Source: a virus
Length of the DNA: 64,000 bases
Strand: one strand, 5' to 3'
Virus record (IMG/VR): IMGVR_UViG_3300047496_000213
Location: 1-64,000 of that record
Numbering within the stretch: position 1 is the first letter of the stretch; the number at the start of each line of letters is the position of its first letter. Position numbers and translations under genes: made by a program. The notes below the pieces were generated by a model. It searched no databases, was not told where the DNA came from, and was given only the letters and a program-made list of their open reading frames with translations. Shown here piece after piece: positions 1 through 9,923 of the stretch.

Positions 1-143
1 TACATTATCCGTAGACCATTGACTAATTTCCGAAGGCATAATTGGATATTGAAGATAAAGGCTTTCTTTATCTTCGCGAACCAACGCCAGGGTAATCATT
101 TTTCCACTAAATTCTGTTAATTCTACGTCTAAAAAAAAAACAT
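1..143 (-). pseudogene. 5' part of a DEDDh 3'-5' exoribonuclease-like gene (Rv2179c-like), out of frame at a T10 run; runs off the window
   Basis: SD GGAGG, ATG at 143, then T10 gives MFFF-stop. The other frame reads LDVELTEFSGKMITLALVRED...SQWSTDNV (D-x-E motif). Confidence 0.55.
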
Positions 144-227
144 ATTTCCTCCAATAAAGATAAATAGAAGTGGTTCGCGATGCTACCAACATCCAACCAC
201 ACTAAACCTAATGAGGAGGATCAGCAT

Positions 228-1289
228 ATGTCTATTTATGACATTTTATCAACAAAAACACACAATGAACATTACCTTAAGAGGTATATAGAATTTATAA
301 AAAAATGTCAATTACGAAAATTACCAGAAAATTATTATGTTGAAAAGCATCATATATGTCCGAAAGCTTCCGATTTGTTTCCAGAATATGCCTCGTTTAA
401 ACAACATCCTTGGAATAAAATCATATTGACAGCAAGAGAACATTTTATAGCTCATTGGATGTTGTGGAAAAGCTTTGGAAAAAGCCAGTGTTTTGCTTTT
501 TATTCTATGAAACATCAGAATAACATTTCTTTAAATTCGAAAGTTTATGCTAAATTGCGAGAAGAGCACAGACTTTTATTGAAAAATAGAATCGTGTCAG
601 AAGAAACAAAAAATAAAATGCGTAAACCAAAGCCAGAAAATTTTGGTCAAAAAATTAGTAAAGCTTTAACCGGAAAATCTAAAACTCCAGAACATAATAG
701 AAAAATATCAGAAAGTAAAAAAGGGATTTGTGTTAATAGCGAGAAACACAACGCTAATTTAAAAATTATAATGAGAGGGGCTGGGAATCCTATGTTTGGT
801 AGAACACAAACAGAAGAAGCAAAAAATCTTATACGAAATAAAGCATTAGGAAGAACGCATTCTGACGAAACCAAGTCCTTGATAGGAAAGTTTTCATTGG
901 GTAGACAGCATTTCAATGATGGGGTCAAAAACTTTTTCTTATATTCCGAAAATGCTATCGGATTACGTGTCGGTCAAATTAAAAAAGAAAAACCTGAATT
1001 AACTCAAAAAATATTAAAAGAAATACTCGACTATCATCAACATACTGGAACATTCATTTGGAAAAAAGGAAAAAAGAAATACGGCACGTCAGCGGGTTTT
1101 TTGAATAGCAAAGGACAGATGGTAATTAAATATAATGGAAAAGAATATTTGCTGCATAGATTGGCTTGGTTATATATTTTTGGAGAGTTTCCTCCAAGAT
1201 TTATAAAACACATAAATGGTATTTGTCATGATAATCGTATTGATAATTTGCGTCTTTCTTATGGTCCTGTCTCAGGCGATCAAACCTGA
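228..1289 (+). CDS. Homing endonuclease (N-terminal HNH-type domain, NUMOD3 repeats, C-terminal HNH)
   Basis: EKHHICPK...LTAREHFIAH motif; repeats SEETKNKM, HNRKISES, HSDETKSLI; LLHRLAWLY...HINGICHDNRIDNL. SD GAGGAGG precedes the ATG at 228. Confidence 0.85.
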   Translation: MSIYDILSTKTHNEHYLKRYIEFIKKCQLRKLPENYYVEKHHICPKASDLFPEYASFKQHPWNKIILTAREHFIAHWMLWKSFGKSQCFAFYSMKHQNNISLNSKVYAKLREEHRLLLKNRIVSEETKNKMRKPKPENFGQKISKALTGKSKTPEHNRKISESKKGICVNSEKHNANLKIIMRGAGNPMFGRTQTEEAKNLIRNKALGRTHSDETKSLIGKFSLGRQHFNDGVKNFFLYSENAIGLRVGQIKKEKPELTQKILKEILDYHQHTGTFIWKKGKKKYGTSAGFLNSKGQMVIKYNGKEYLLHRLAWLYIFGEFPPRFIKHINGICHDNRIDNLRLSYGPVSGDQT

Positions 1290-1296
1290 GACAGGA
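1265..1296. terminator. Hairpin between convergent genes
   Basis: tcctgtctcagg-N8-cctgagacagga, a perfect 12-bp stem. Confidence 0.7.
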
Positions 1297-1302
1297 TAGT
1301 AG

Positions 1303-1980
1303 CTAGTTTTTCTTGACTTCCTTGACAGCAAAATCGTCCTTATATTTCGAGAACATCGCCTGGGAAATGTGTTCGAAAGTAACCACGATGCGCGTAAACA
1401 GGAATTGATAGATGCGGGTGATTGGATCGTTAATTAACGTCCAAATTCCACTGGCAGGCCAGTAGCTCATCCAGAATATTATTTTTCCTTTATTATGGTT
1501 TGCGCTTGGAGGAAGCATGTTATTGCTTTTTGCTGACTTTAAGAAGCGAGCACGCCACGTATCGGTAGGATCAGGATTTGGGACTTCTTTTTCGGTTTTC
1601 GAAAGTCCTTCCCAATGCGACGTTTTCTTTAATGGAACCACTTCATCATTGATTGGTCCTTCGTATTTCAACCATTCCGCTCGGAATGTTTCATAACGAT
1701 CACGTGCTTTGAGCACATAAAAAAACCACTTGATGAAACCCCAGATAATACCAAGCACCAGATAGCCGCCAATATATTCGGCAATGGCAACAGGATTATG
1801 GATCGCCCAAGGAATAATTCCTTTGTTTCCAAAGAAATAAAGAAGAGCACCAGTTACAATGATGGTAAGTACTGCTCCAATAGATTTTTCATTCTCCACG
1901 AATGCTATGAGAATGAAAAATGACAATAACGACACTATATAAAATGGGATAGTGCCGAAGGCCAATAGTGCAAAAAGCAT
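1303..1980 (-). CDS. Membrane protein, hypothetical
   Basis: 3-4 hydrophobic segments, 225-aa ORF. Confidence 0.7.
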   Translation of the reverse strand: MLFALLAFGTIPFYIVSLLSFFILIAFVENEKSIGAVLTIIVTGALLYFFGNKGIIPWAIHNPVAIAEYIGGYLVLGIIWGFIKWFFYVLKARDRYETFRAEWLKYEGPINDEVVPLKKTSHWEGLSKTEKEVPNPDPTDTWRARFLKSAKSNNMLPPSANHNKGKIIFWMSYWPASGIWTLINDPITRIYQFLFTRIVVTFEHISQAMFSKYKDDFAVKEVKKN

Positions 1981-2448
1981 GTCTGACTTTCAGATTAGGG
2001 TTGAAACAGCCGTAAGTCTCGCATAGGGAAACACCAAAAGTCAATCAAAATTTGTTGACAAAAAATCTCTTTCATTCTAAGGGAGGTTTCCCAGAAAACT
2101 TATTTGAGTTCTTTTTTCTCATAGATATTAATGGATTTCTTTCTAGGAGAAAGTTTAACTATTGACACAATTTCTATTTCATCAGCTAAATCTTCTCCGC
2201 TAATATCTCTTATGAAAGAGATAATTTGGTTTTTAGCCACATCTTCATTTGGAGCATAAGTATGCCATAGATTATCTTTGGCCAGCGAATATTTAGCAAT
2301 CATATCTAAAAACTTTGGCGGAAAATTATCTATTTTCGCACCGAAAATCTTGTCTTTTGATCTATCCATCCCCACCGTATACCCTGTGATTGTTATGAGC
2401 GTCAATGGGGATAAATAAATGAAATTTACGACATGATGGATCAAACTG

Positions 2449-2772
2449 ATGCGAGAATATATAGATTTGATTTTAATTTTTGAAGCTGTTGGGGATATCG
2501 AGAAAAAAGGTTCAGATAAAAGAGATGCTTTTCAAAAATTGGAAGATTTGATCAACCATCCTAATACTGAGCCAAATATTAAAAATATAGCTCAACGGAA
2601 ATTAGATTACTTGAAATCTAAATTAGCAGCCGAAAAAAAGTCGTCTCCAAACGAAATTTTGTCAATGTTTCATGATTTTTTTGAAGTAATTAATAAATTT
2701 TGTGGAATAGGAAATAATCGATATAAATTTAAGTCTTTGCAATCCATCAAAAGTAAGAATATTTCAATATAG
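2449..2772 (+). CDS. Hypothetical protein with MRE..FE N-terminal peptide and DUF2786-like helical motif; possibly frameshift-truncated
   Basis: MREYIDLILIFEA; KLEDLINHPNTEPNIKNIAQRKL; coding-like sequence continues in another frame to about 2885. Confidence 0.5.
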   Translation: MREYIDLILIFEAVGDIEKKGSDKRDAFQKLEDLINHPNTEPNIKNIAQRKLDYLKSKLAAEKKSSPNEILSMFHDFFEVINKFCGIGNNRYKFKSLQSIKSKNISI

Positions 2773-2932
2773 ATACTAATTTATCTATTATGAATATTTT
2801 AGATAATATGACTGACGAAGAAAATGATAAAATACTTTGGGACATGGCTAAAAATTATCTGATCCAAAACTTTTTGCTTGACTGATGTTCAATTCATGAT
2901 ATCTTACAAATATAGTCATTCAGGAGATAATA

Positions 2933-4228
2933 ATGCGCGCTCGTGAGATTATTGTTGAAAATCAAACTGGACTTTCTGAACAAGCGTTCGTTATGCTGCA
3001 AAAGCTTCGTAAGGGTATGGCGGCTTCTTTGAAAGCCGTGACCCTTGCGGAAATCTTCACCGTCATTCCCGGCTGGACCATCACCAAAAGTAAGTTCATG
3101 AAACCAAGCGATGGTGGTTGGATTCTTAAGGAATTGCCGGGTTCGAATTACAAGGTTTATAAGAAAATAAACGATGGCCGAATCCATTATTCAGCCAGCG
3201 TTTTAGAAGAAATTGAAGGCAATGATCACTACAATGTGGGTTGGCGGGGCCGCGATATTGAGAAGAAAGATCATTTGGTCAACGTAATTTTTCCGGCCCT
3301 TCAAAAGCTTTCGCAAGCCAAAGCCGGTAAGGTTCAAATTGTTGATCTGACGATTCATGAATATGTTGAAAACCGTCGCGATACGGTTGATGTTTCGTTT
3401 TTGCTCATGGTTCAATGCAACGGGTTCCTAATCACGTCTCCCGATCCCGATGGTCAAGCCTATGAAGTTTACGGCGATTATAAGAACGGCGCCATCGATC
3501 CTCATACTTTTGAAATGTTTTTTCATTGGGCGGTCGAAAATACAAACCTAATGGAAAGCATCCTGACCGTTCTTCATATGGAACCCCACGAAAAGAAGGT
3601 AGATTACGCTCAAGTTCGTTATGTGCCGCCTCCCACCGCCAGCGAAGAAGCAAAGCGCGTCTATAATCTTCTGGTTGAAATGACTAACGGTATTCGCGCC
3701 GAACAAAAGATCAACTTTATTAAGAATCTTAATGCTGTTTGCGACCGCTTTGAAAAGCTGGTGGCTAGCGATGATATGCGTGCGGACGAATATCGTAAAA
3801 TGAATCCTATCATCAATCATGCTTTCAATGTTCGTAAGGGTGTGAACACTCGCGAACCAAATTGGGAAGAAATTATTGAAAAGGATGCTGAACGTTCGGT
3901 TACTGAAATCCAAAACATGTTCGTTTACAAGAATACCCGTAAGCTGGCTTCTATCCTTACCGCCAAGGGCAACATGAATGAACCAGAAATCCTTGATCTC
4001 AACTGTAATCGAGGTATGATCATGGGTTCTATAAAGTTCACCTTCACTGATGGATCGTCCTTTGTGGTGGATAACAGCATTGTCCAATCTTCGATGCCGG
4101 ATAGTTTGGGCCGCTATACTTACTTCTACAGGTTCCCCACAACATTCCATGGCGTTGTGATGCCTGATGGTAGTAAGATGGGTCAACCTTCTGAGGAACG
4201 AATGAACGAAATTTTCGTTAAAGCGTAA
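2933..4228 (+). CDS. Hypothetical jumbo-phage protein, putative virion internal protein
   Basis: SD AGGAG; N-terminus MRAREIIVE; 431-aa ORF. Confidence 0.7.
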   Translation: MRAREIIVENQTGLSEQAFVMLQKLRKGMAASLKAVTLAEIFTVIPGWTITKSKFMKPSDGGWILKELPGSNYKVYKKINDGRIHYSASVLEEIEGNDHYNVGWRGRDIEKKDHLVNVIFPALQKLSQAKAGKVQIVDLTIHEYVENRRDTVDVSFLLMVQCNGFLITSPDPDGQAYEVYGDYKNGAIDPHTFEMFFHWAVENTNLMESILTVLHMEPHEKKVDYAQVRYVPPPTASEEAKRVYNLLVEMTNGIRAEQKINFIKNLNAVCDRFEKLVASDDMRADEYRKMNPIINHAFNVRKGVNTREPNWEEIIEKDAERSVTEIQNMFVYKNTRKLASILTAKGNMNEPEILDLNCNRGMIMGSIKFTFTDGSSFVVDNSIVQSSMPDSLGRYTYFYRFPTTFHGVVMPDGSKMGQPSEERMNEIFVKA

Positions 4229-4296
4229 TAAATCTCTTGACCAAATAAAAAAATGCTGTAAAGTATACTTGTAAACCGACACAAGGAGATTTACCT

Positions 4297-4530
4297 ATGA
4301 CCAAGTTTTCTTTGATTGACAATGATAATGGCGTTTGCACATATAAGTGCAATGACACCAACGAAGTTTCTCAGTTTCGCGCCCATCCTACTGAACCTTT
4401 TGAATGGATCATCATGGGTGGTGATTACGACACCGCGTTTCGCATTATCGAAGCGTATATTACCCAGGGCATGAAGCAACATCAATATGCAGGCGGTTTC
4501 GAAGAAGCCGTTCGCGAATTGTCGATTTAA
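4297..4530 (+). CDS. Hypothetical early protein
   Basis: TTGACC promoter near 4237; SD AGGAG. Confidence 0.7.
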   Translation: MTKFSLIDNDNGVCTYKCNDTNEVSQFRAHPTEPFEWIIMGGDYDTAFRIIEAYITQGMKQHQYAGGFEEAVRELSI

Positions 4531-4543
4531 GGGAAGAAGTCCA

Positions 4544-4936
4544 ATGAACCAAGAAAATGCTCTTAAGTTTGCTATGTCGGACGCGGCGATTGTCGCCGCT
4601 GTTCGGCTCTTACAAGAAGCAAGTGGATACGTTCTTATCGTGCATCGTCGCACTGTTGAGCAAATGGCGGAACTTGTTCCGGATGCTCTGGTGATGACAG
4701 TTCAAGAACTGTCCAACGATATGGAAAAAATGGAAGAAACTCGTCCGATCATTCTGACGAATTTTTCGGATTTTATTTACTTCCCCTACGACAATCAACA
4801 GGTTGAAAATCTCGAAGTAGTGGAAGCGGTCTATTTTACTCGATATGGAAAAAGTTTGATTATCGTGCCGGTTCCTGACGTGAGTATTTACAGTCGTCCG
4901 AACATGATTTTTTTGAATAAATCTGCTCAAATCTAA
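4544..4936 (+). CDS. Hypothetical protein
   Basis: ORF in operon, probable start MNQEN. Confidence 0.6.
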   Translation: MNQENALKFAMSDAAIVAAVRLLQEASGYVLIVHRRTVEQMAELVPDALVMTVQELSNDMEKMEETRPIILTNFSDFIYFPYDNQQVENLEVVEAVYFTRYGKSLIIVPVPDVSIYSRPNMIFLNKSAQI

Positions 4937-5277
4937 TGAGCAACGTTCAACGCCGGAAGCTTTCGCGCGCTCTGTGGAACAAGTTTCGCGAGTTGGGCGG
5001 CTATGAAATCGATATTGAGGCTGATCATTTAGGTAAGCGATATGAAGTTAATAAGTTCGGTTTCTATGTTCGCGGCGAAGAAGATACTTTGAAGAGTATC
5101 CGCAAGCGGCTAGTAACTCGTCTTCAAACTGAAGAAGAATTTACAGTCGTCATTGATGAAAAGTTGAGAACAGTCACCGTTTCTAGAAGTGATCGCCAAG
5201 CCTACGCCGTAATTGGAGATGTATTTGGCACCCCCCATGAAGGAGAATTTGTAATTAGCATAGGAGTATATTTATGA
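4936..5277 (+). CDS. Hypothetical protein
   Basis: TAATG coupling with the upstream gene. Confidence 0.6.
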   Translation: MSNVQRRKLSRALWNKFRELGGYEIDIEADHLGKRYEVNKFGFYVRGEEDTLKSIRKRLVTRLQTEEEFTVVIDEKLRTVTVSRSDRQAYAVIGDVFGTPHEGEFVISIGVYL

Positions 5278-5594
5278 GAAGGAAACTTATAGAATACTAT
5301 ATAATTAAACATAGACAGTGGCGTAAACGTATTGCCAAAAAGCAAAGCAATCATTGTTATTATTGTTCTACGACATTTGACGACAATAATTTGCAACTAC
5401 GATGCACACTTGATCATTTTCTGCCAATTTCTTTGGGTGGCATTGATGATAGAAAAAATACCGTAGCTGCTTGTTTTCGTTGTAATAATCGGAAAGACAA
5501 TCTTCATCCAAAAGATTTTCCGGCATCAGACGAATTTTCAGAAAATTATCAAAAACGTTTATATAAACTGTATGATTTTAAAAGACTCGTTTGA
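5274..5594 (+). CDS. HNH endonuclease
   Basis: CYYC...TLDHFLPISLGG...NTVAACFRCNNRK. Confidence 0.9.
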   Translation: MRRKLIEYYIIKHRQWRKRIAKKQSNHCYYCSTTFDDNNLQLRCTLDHFLPISLGGIDDRKNTVAACFRCNNRKDNLHPKDFPASDEFSENYQKRLYKLYDFKRLV

Positions 5595-6720
5595 TCGATT
5601 GAACGCGATCAGCGGGAAGTCTGAATTCGGATTCACCTAAAAGATATTCATCGGTCTGTTCTAATCTGACTTCACAGGCTAGAACACCGATATCTTTTTG
5701 CTCGCGATCTCTCATAATTTCCACTAATCGTTTTACTCCTATGAAAACAGGATTAACTCGAATTTTTGAGTGAGCCAGATAGTAGGAATACAGCATGACG
5801 ACATCTTCTGGTGTCTTGACCCAATCGAACCCAGGATGGCCGCCATGCTGCTTTGCTAATCGTTCCTCAATACCTTCTGCTTGACCCCAACGAATAATGG
5901 TTCTGGCTGTTAGTTCTCCATGAGCAATAGCCCAAATGTCTTTGAAACAGCGCATGATGTTACGAGCTATTTCTATATCGTGAGTGAACGATATGGTGGT
6001 CTGCTCTCCAAAATTACCGAGGCCAACCCGTTCCACTGGTTTTTCTGATGAAAAGCCAGTTTCCAAAATCTCATTACAAAATGCGGTAGCGTGATAAAGA
6101 GTTTCTTGTTCTTCATGATCTGGACGATAGTTCCCATGATAACTTGATCCAAGAATTTTATCGATTACGGTCAATTTTCTTTTTATAAGCTCGAATACTT
6201 TTTTAGCAGAATCAATAGCATGTTTCATCATTCTGAAACCTTTTAGAAGACCCATAGCTTGGACATATTCTTCATCTTGTAGATTGTCAGGATCGCCTTC
6301 TTTGTAGCCATATTTGACGGCGCCAGCTTCGGCATTTTCAAAATTACTTAATTCTAGAAATGGTTCCATGTAAGAGAATGTTCCAAGAATATATTTCCAA
6401 TGATTCTTTCCAAATTGTAGATACGCTTTAATATTATCAATAAGCCTATCTATTGGAACATTTCTTTCTAAAAAATATTCTTTGGTATACAGTAAGTTAT
6501 TATATAAAATATTACTGCCACCATCCCAAAAATTTTCATCATAAGACAACCACATATCAAGCATTTTTTCGCCATCTCTGGTATTATTTTTTTCTATAAT
6601 AGCAGTAGCTTCTTGAATTTCTTGTTTTATAGCAACAAGGTCTTTGACGCGATTCTTCAAAAATAAAGGAAGATTACGCGGCCTGTTTTCAATAGCTTCA
6701 TTTATTTCATGAAAACGCAT
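5578..6720 (-). CDS. ADP-ribosyltransferase-like protein, putative virion internal protein
   Basis: Probable start MRFHEINEA, coupled to the upstream stop; LYHAT, GLG, ISFTHD and GESEFR motifs. Confidence 0.6.
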   Translation of the reverse strand: MRFHEINEAIENRPRNLPLFLKNRVKDLVAIKQEIQEATAIIEKNNTRDGEKMLDMWLSYDENFWDGGSNILYNNLLYTKEYFLERNVPIDRLIDNIKAYLQFGKNHWKYILGTFSYMEPFLELSNFENAEAGAVKYGYKEGDPDNLQDEEYVQAMGLLKGFRMMKHAIDSAKKVFELIKRKLTVIDKILGSSYHGNYRPDHEEQETLYHATAFCNEILETGFSSEKPVERVGLGNFGEQTTISFTHDIEIARNIMRCFKDIWAIAHGELTARTIIRWGQAEGIEERLAKQHGGHPGFDWVKTPEDVVMLYSYYLAHSKIRVNPVFIGVKRLVEIMRDREQKDIGVLACEVRLEQTDEYLLGESEFRLPADRVQSIKRVF

Positions 6721-7502
6721 TACGGAAGGTGTTGCCAAACGTATCCCGCAACCGCATCTGTCACTATCATTTTTCGATAACCTTTTTTGATCTTAGTTTG
6801 GAATATTTTTTCACCATCGTTAAGGCTATCTATCATTTTGGTAGACAATCTGCCTTGATATTTACCCCAACATACGAAATATTCATTTCGTTTAGAGTCA
6901 TAATATACTCCATATACTTTGTCGTGATTGTTTTCGGCATCTTGTAATCTTGCAAAATAATACAATGTTATGTTTTTGTATTGTGGACCAGCCGCATTTG
7001 GTGCTTCATCGTAATCATTATTTGATGTGTTATTGTAATTTTTGTTTGAATTTTTTGACGATTTTTCAGATTTCTTTGCATTATCTTTTTTGGCTTGCTC
7101 TTCTTCACGTTTTCTACGAAGTTCGGCAGCGGCGGCTTCTCTGGCTTCACGTTCGCGTTGACGTTTTTCTCGTTCTTGTGCTTCTTTGCGCCAATTTCCG
7201 GTTTCTTCCCGGTTCATACCAGCACTAGATTGCCCGCTACCATTTTTGATGGCTTCGAACCGTTGTAAGAAAGTCTTTTTGGTCGCATCTGACATATTTT
7301 CTGCTTCTGCGTTGGCTTTGATTTCAAAACGTTTCATAGCTTCACGCGCAGCGGCCTTCTCTCCTTCTGTTCCCCCTCGGTCAATGAGGGCCTTGATACC
7401 TCTAGCTCTAGATAAAAACGATTCGGTATCAAATTCGAGAAGGATACCTTCTGAAACGATTTGATAGATTTCCATAAGTTGGATATGATCGCGGATATTC
7501 AT
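6720..7502 (-). CDS. WGR-domain protein with N-terminal DUF2786-like helix and coiled coil
   Basis: HDKVYGVY...FVCWGKYQG...KIKKGY (WGR); RGGTEGEKAAAREA; TATAAATA 5 nt upstream of the ATG. Confidence 0.75.
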   Translation of the reverse strand: MNIRDHIQLMEIYQIVSEGILLEFDTESFLSRARGIKALIDRGGTEGEKAAAREAMKRFEIKANAEAENMSDATKKTFLQRFEAIKNGSGQSSAGMNREETGNWRKEAQEREKRQREREAREAAAAELRRKREEEQAKKDNAKKSEKSSKNSNKNYNNTSNNDYDEAPNAAGPQYKNITLYYFARLQDAENNHDKVYGVYYDSKRNEYFVCWGKYQGRLSTKMIDSLNDGEKIFQTKIKKGYRKMIVTDAVAGYVWQHLP

Positions 7503-7556
7503 TTGACTATTTATAAAACATCTTGACTTTTGCGTGGCATTTTTTCATCATGTAAG

Positions 7557-8009
7557 ATGATGTATGATATCACCGATAAAGAAGAGCGCGCCGCCCAAAT
7601 GGTGGCGACAGTTTGTCAAAATTTATTGATGTATGGCGCAATAGATCGCACCAAAAATCTATACTCCAATTATGCAATAGTTATGGGCTTACGTCTCGAT
7701 TGCTATTCAGAAAATAAGATTGAAGATATTGTCATAGATACTCAGTTAAAGAAATCGTTACGCCCTATACCAAGACATATGATATTCTATACACTTTTTA
7801 CTAAAAACTGGACAGCGGATATTTTATACGACGCGCGAGGTTATTTATACTTTCCAGACATTTCATCGTCAGATCAAAAAAATATAAAATGGGGGGGATA
7901 TTATCATTGTTTGCTTCGTTTTAGAGTAACGGATCAAGATGCATTCAATAAAGATATGTCTATATTGAAAATGATAGACGATTGGGAAGATCATATACGT
8001 ATAGAATAA
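7557..8009 (+). CDS. Hypothetical early protein
   Basis: TTGACT upstream; ORF. Confidence 0.55.
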   Translation: MMYDITDKEERAAQMVATVCQNLLMYGAIDRTKNLYSNYAIVMGLRLDCYSENKIEDIVIDTQLKKSLRPIPRHMIFYTLFTKNWTADILYDARGYLYFPDISSSDQKNIKWGGYYHCLLRFRVTDQDAFNKDMSILKMIDDWEDHIRIE

Positions 8010-8016
8010 ATATAAT

Positions 8017-8676
8017 ATGCTTGAAGAAACGCATCTTCCCCTTCGTAAAGGAACTATATCTAACTCTCGCGGAGTATATAGTGCTTTCATCGTAGTCATG
8101 AGCCCAATGAATTTTCTCAAGTTGACTACTGACGAATATGCTTTCCGGCAAATTCAAGACGATGTTGAAGACAACTATCAAAGTGGACAGCATGCAGAAT
8201 ACCAACAACAAGGCAATTATGAACTTCCATATCTGATTATCGATTATTACTCTGGAAAAGTTATAGGGCACGAAGGCAGACATCGCGCCATGATGATTCT
8301 AAAAGAAGGCGGATCACGTTTTCCATGTTCTATAGAATGTAGACAACCTAAAATATGGGAAGTAAAATATTACGAATATGCAGATGATGACATGCATTCA
8401 CAAAGATTTACGAGTTCAGAAAAAGCCAGGGAATTCAGAGATTCGTTATATGCTGCAAATTTTGACAGTATAGATGAATTATACGATAATATAACTACCG
8501 AAATGGTTGGTGGCGGCTATATGCGTGGCTCTCCACGATCCAAAGGCTGGGATTATGACGCTTGGACTGTAGCTGACTTTCCAAAGTTTTTAGAAAGTCA
8601 ATTTACTTCAGTAAAAGTTCCCGCAACTGCTATGAGAATTGGATTAGTCAAAGGATATAGTCACTTTAACAGATGA
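8017..8676 (+). CDS. ParB/sulfiredoxin-like domain protein
   Basis: PYLII...VIGHEGRHRAM motif; TAAATA 4 nt before the ATG. Confidence 0.7.
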   Translation: MLEETHLPLRKGTISNSRGVYSAFIVVMSPMNFLKLTTDEYAFRQIQDDVEDNYQSGQHAEYQQQGNYELPYLIIDYYSGKVIGHEGRHRAMMILKEGGSRFPCSIECRQPKIWEVKYYEYADDDMHSQRFTSSEKAREFRDSLYAANFDSIDELYDNITTEMVGGGYMRGSPRSKGWDYDAWTVADFPKFLESQFTSVKVPATAMRIGLVKGYSHFNR

Positions 8677-8834
8677 AATATATAACGGAAGCTGAATACA
8701 ATATAGGTATTGCATATATAGATAAACATTTTGATGAAATTCGTCCTATTGGTTCACCAGAAGGAGATTACTTTGAAATGATTATGTATGCAGTTATGGA
8801 TTATGAAGAAACCCATTATGATATAGCAGATTAG
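8673..8834 (+). CDS. 53-aa protein resembling the HigA antitoxin N-terminal domain (not in the ORF track)
   Basis: ATGA overlap with the upstream gene; MKYITEAEYNIGIAYIDKHFDEIRPIGSPEGDYFEMIMYAVMDYEETHYDIAD. Confidence 0.65.
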   Translation: MKYITEAEYNIGIAYIDKHFDEIRPIGSPEGDYFEMIMYAVMDYEETHYDIAD

Positions 8835-9838
8835 CTTACTGTATTATCATCATCATTGCGCTGAATCATGTATTGACGAATATCCAAGCGCAATTTAGGA
8901 TTACGGTTCGTTAAGTGTAGCAAACCATGATCGTCGGTTCGCAAGTCCTGATTCGGATCAAATTCGTTATCAACTATTACTGACCAACGTTCAACATACT
9001 TACGATTTGTCTTACGACCGTGCCAATGATGGTGAATCAAACCGTTGCAATAACCAAGATCACAGTTGACTATTTTGGAGGCATTTGAGCACCATTCCAA
9101 AGCATCTCTTTTATATGCCTCGGATGCGGCGCCATGGATACCAAACGCGGGCTGGTTGATAAATGCCCAAGCCATATGATAGTCAGAAGCTCCAATGATA
9201 GTCTTTTCGTAGAGCCCTCCAAGTTTCTCCCAAGTCGAACGCTTCATAGCCCAAGCATATCCTGTATGCCACTCACAACCGCCGTAAGCATGACTGAATT
9301 TAATTCCATGATTAAAGCAATAGGCAAAACTTCTAACCACTTCTCGTTTGTCGGGAGTTGGAAAAGTTAATGGATGACCATTAGGATCAAGATCAACAGC
9401 GCGCGCCCACATCTGAACAACCTCGTATCGATTTAACTTATACATCGTTTCGACTGCGATATTAGAATTGAAAAACGTAAGATCGGTATCGATCCAAGCG
9501 AAATATTCGGCATCTGGATAAAGTTTTATAGCATTTTTGATGCCAAGATTTATTAGATTTTCCTTTTGAAAGAACTCGCTATCGGTTCTAAGTTGAAGAT
9601 GATGCGGATTGTGATGGTCAGTAATTTGGAAGGGTGAGTGTTTACCAACTACTAATTCCACTTCATGTAAAGTAATTCCTAGACTTTGCATGTGTTCTCG
9701 AAATTGAAGGTAGTTTGCTAATGGTTTGTGAAAGCGATTGAAGTTAAAGTAGACAGCAATTACATGTAAATTTGCGGGGTTGTCGATAGACGTAGGAGTC
9801 GTTTTAGGAACGAGAGCTTCGAAGATTTTTTCGACCAT
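8831..9838 (-). CDS. Glycosyltransferase-like protein (GT-A fold)
   Basis: QKENLINLG, AWIDTD (DxD), GYAWA, GGLYE, HHWHG. Confidence 0.7.
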   Translation of the reverse strand: MVEKIFEALVPKTTPTSIDNPANLHVIAVYFNFNRFHKPLANYLQFREHMQSLGITLHEVELVVGKHSPFQITDHHNPHHLQLRTDSEFFQKENLINLGIKNAIKLYPDAEYFAWIDTDLTFFNSNIAVETMYKLNRYEVVQMWARAVDLDPNGHPLTFPTPDKREVVRSFAYCFNHGIKFSHAYGGCEWHTGYAWAMKRSTWEKLGGLYEKTIIGASDYHMAWAFINQPAFGIHGAASEAYKRDALEWCSNASKIVNCDLGYCNGLIHHHWHGRKTNRKYVERWSVIVDNEFDPNQDLRTDDHGLLHLTNRNPKLRLDIRQYMIQRNDDDNTVS

Positions 9839-9923
9839 GGATGACCTTAATGGGAAGAAGATTTTATGCTATTTAGTCTAACAAAATCTTCCACTTCTAG
9901 CCAATTTAAAATATTGTCAAGCT

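Noticed and set aside
3548-4282. Long antisense ORFs (also 13518..14123, 25520..26065, 29851..30447, 57256..57888)
   Set aside because: They are shadows of well-supported plus-strand genes with biased codon usage and have no motifs or start signals.
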